Shown piece after piece: positions 62,701 to 64,000 of a stretch of DNA of 64,000 nt; the first letter of the stretch is position 1, and each line of letters starts with the position of its first letter. The DNA comes from Adineta vaga. Its lineage: Eukaryota > Animalia > Rotifera. A program made the position numbers and the translations under genes. The notes below the pieces were generated by a model. That model searched no databases, was not told the DNA's origin, and saw only the letters and a program-made list of their open reading frames with translations. The stretch covers positions 13,516,001 to 13,580,000 of the forward strand of contig CP075497.1 in assembly GCA_021613535.1 (NCBI GenBank), given 5' to 3'.

Positions 62701-64000
62701 GCGAAGTCTCCAATTAAATATAAACCACTTGCTTTTGTTGCACGACTACAAGCAACATACAATTCAGATCTTGTCATTCCCTTCTTCAAATTGATAGCAA
62801 CCTTCTCGTAAGTACCACCTTGACTTTTATATATGGTCATAGCTTCACAAGGTACTATTGGAAACTGTTTACGTTCTACTTTGAAGTTTGTTGACTTCGT
62901 ATTTATTTGGCGTACTACTGGTTCAATTGGTGTAAGACTAGGATCAATAGTTCGATTACGCATTACGTTGTGAAAATTGGTTCTAGCTTTCCGTCCAGTT
63001 TTTTCTTCATTGAATTTAATCCATATTCTACATGGTACTGTTTCATTAGTTTTCTGAAGTTTTCCGTAATCAATCATCACTAACTTTCCACAAGCACCAT
63101 TGACTAATCCATCTTCAGTATCGAAATTGACTGTCAACATATACTTAGCACCCACCTTCAAATCGATTTTAAGTGGTAAGCCATAAGTTTCAGTTGTTTT
63201 GAGATTCTTTACGTTGTCCAACACTTTTTCTTTTAATGATGCAAGTCCATCACCAATGCAAAAGTCATATGCATTGGCAGTTGCGCCTTCAGTATGAAGA
63301 CTAGCTAATGCTTTTGTATTGTATGCATCAACTTCAGCATTACTTCTGAATATCCTTATGGCATTTTCAACCATTTCCAGACTTTCAATTGAAACAATTC
63401 GTGACTTTAACAGATGAATATCTTCATCTGTCATTGCTCCTTTAGCTATATTACTTAATGCAATGGCAAAAGTCTTATCATCCTTTTGCCTCATAATTTC
63501 TGTTAATTCAAACAATTCAAATAGTGACCATAACGGACTATCTACTAAAGCATTATATGAATTATTAAACTGGAATATGTATTTATCACCAACTGGTCTT
63601 AATTGATTGAAATCGCCTAGAACAATGACTGATATTCCACCAAATGATTTCTTTGTTCTCATTATTTGCTGCAAACGTGCATCAACTTGTTGAAACATTG
63701 TAAAACCAACCATTGATATTTCATCTATAATTAATAATTGTAAATCTTTTAATTTAACTCCAATTCTATTCGAAACATCGCTATTTAGTTGGACGAGTTT
63801 ATGTTTGCATTGATTTACTGGTAAACTTAAAAATGAATGCAAAGTCATTCCATCAATTAATGCTGCTGCTTTGCCAGTTGGTGCACATAGCGCAGCACGA
63901 ATACTATCTGGATTATATCCTGGAACTGAATTATAAAATCTTAGTATTGATTGATACACTGCTTTGATTAGAGTGCTTTTGCCAACACCTGCACCTCCAT
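59796..64000 (-). mobile_element. Helentron (endonuclease-bearing Helitron), partial, degenerate
   Basis: PIF1 helicase, EEP endonuclease (FHNVQSL, LVETW, VYNSP, GDFNID, QIDYCF, SFHKPI) and OTU domain in shifted frames; terminus has hairpin GTGTACTCA-AAAAG-TGAGTACAC next to a T run and (GTCC)n repeats. Confidence 0.9.
62487..64000 (-). CDS. PIF1-family helicase domain of the Helentron Rep/Hel protein (starts beyond window)
   Basis: GGAGVGKS at the edge, APTGKAA, IIDEISMV, GDFNQLRPV, MRQKDD, DGLVNG, TIYKSQG, YVACSRA. Confidence 0.92.
   Translation of the reverse strand, partial: GGAGVGKSTLIKAVYQSILRFYNSVPGYNPDSIRAALCAPTGKAAALIDGMTLHSFLSLPVNQCKHKLVQLNSDVSNRIGVKLKDLQLLIIDEISMVGFTMFQQVDARLQQIMRTKKSFGGISVIVLGDFNQLRPVGDKYIFQFNNSYNALVDSPLWSLFELFELTEIMRQKDDKTFAIALSNIAKGAMTDEDIHLLKSRIVSIESLEMVENAIRIFRSNAEVDAYNTKALASLHTEGATANAYDFCIGDGLASLKEKVLDNVKNLKTTETYGLPLKIDLKVGAKYMLTVNFDTEDGLVNGACGKLVMIDYGKLQKTNETVPCRIWIKFNEEKTGRKARTNFHNVMRNRTIDPSLTPIEPVVRQINTKSTNFKVERKQFPIVPCEAMTIYKSQGGTYEKVAINLKKGMTRSELYVACSRATKASGLYLIGDFAPPKPPERNDAVALMFKSMRSERMLKFSLEFPEESEENKFSIMFHNVQSLNKHFLDVKSDKTFVCIRNQSC

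Overview
AT-rich, intron-containing animal DNA whose gene and transposon content looks like a bdelloid rotifer (inferred from TGTGGG/TGAGGG repeats, an intron-containing endonuclease-less Penelope-like RT, NHL/Kelch/ART-TPR families and ~55-nt introns). Left to right: a multi-exon NHL-mucin-REJ-GPS-PLAT polycystin-1-like gene (98-8174, minus); a near-identical ~6.96-kb tandem duplication (9388-23310) carrying two tRNA-like genes (a fully paired tRNA-Gly with the rare anticodon ACC and a decayed tRNA-Asp) and a disrupted ADP-ribosyltransferase-TPR gene; a membrane-anchored anti-LPS-factor-like gene; a truncated TFIIE-alpha paralog; an LRR receptor; a Kolobok/Mutator-like transposon; an orphan OTU protease ORF; a GPCR; several MITEs; the 5' part of an RTE-like retrotransposon; a Kelch gene; an Athena/Terminon-like retroelement with two small cargo ORFs and a hammerhead-like motif; and a Helentron running off the right edge. 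The most unusual unexplained signals are (i) dispersed 50-90 bp elements built from telomere-type repeats in head-to-head orientation around a spacer, one of which has lost its G-rich arm in the duplicate copy, (ii) the tRNA-Gly(ACC), and (iii) the anchored ALF-like protein. All calls were made by eye without searches.
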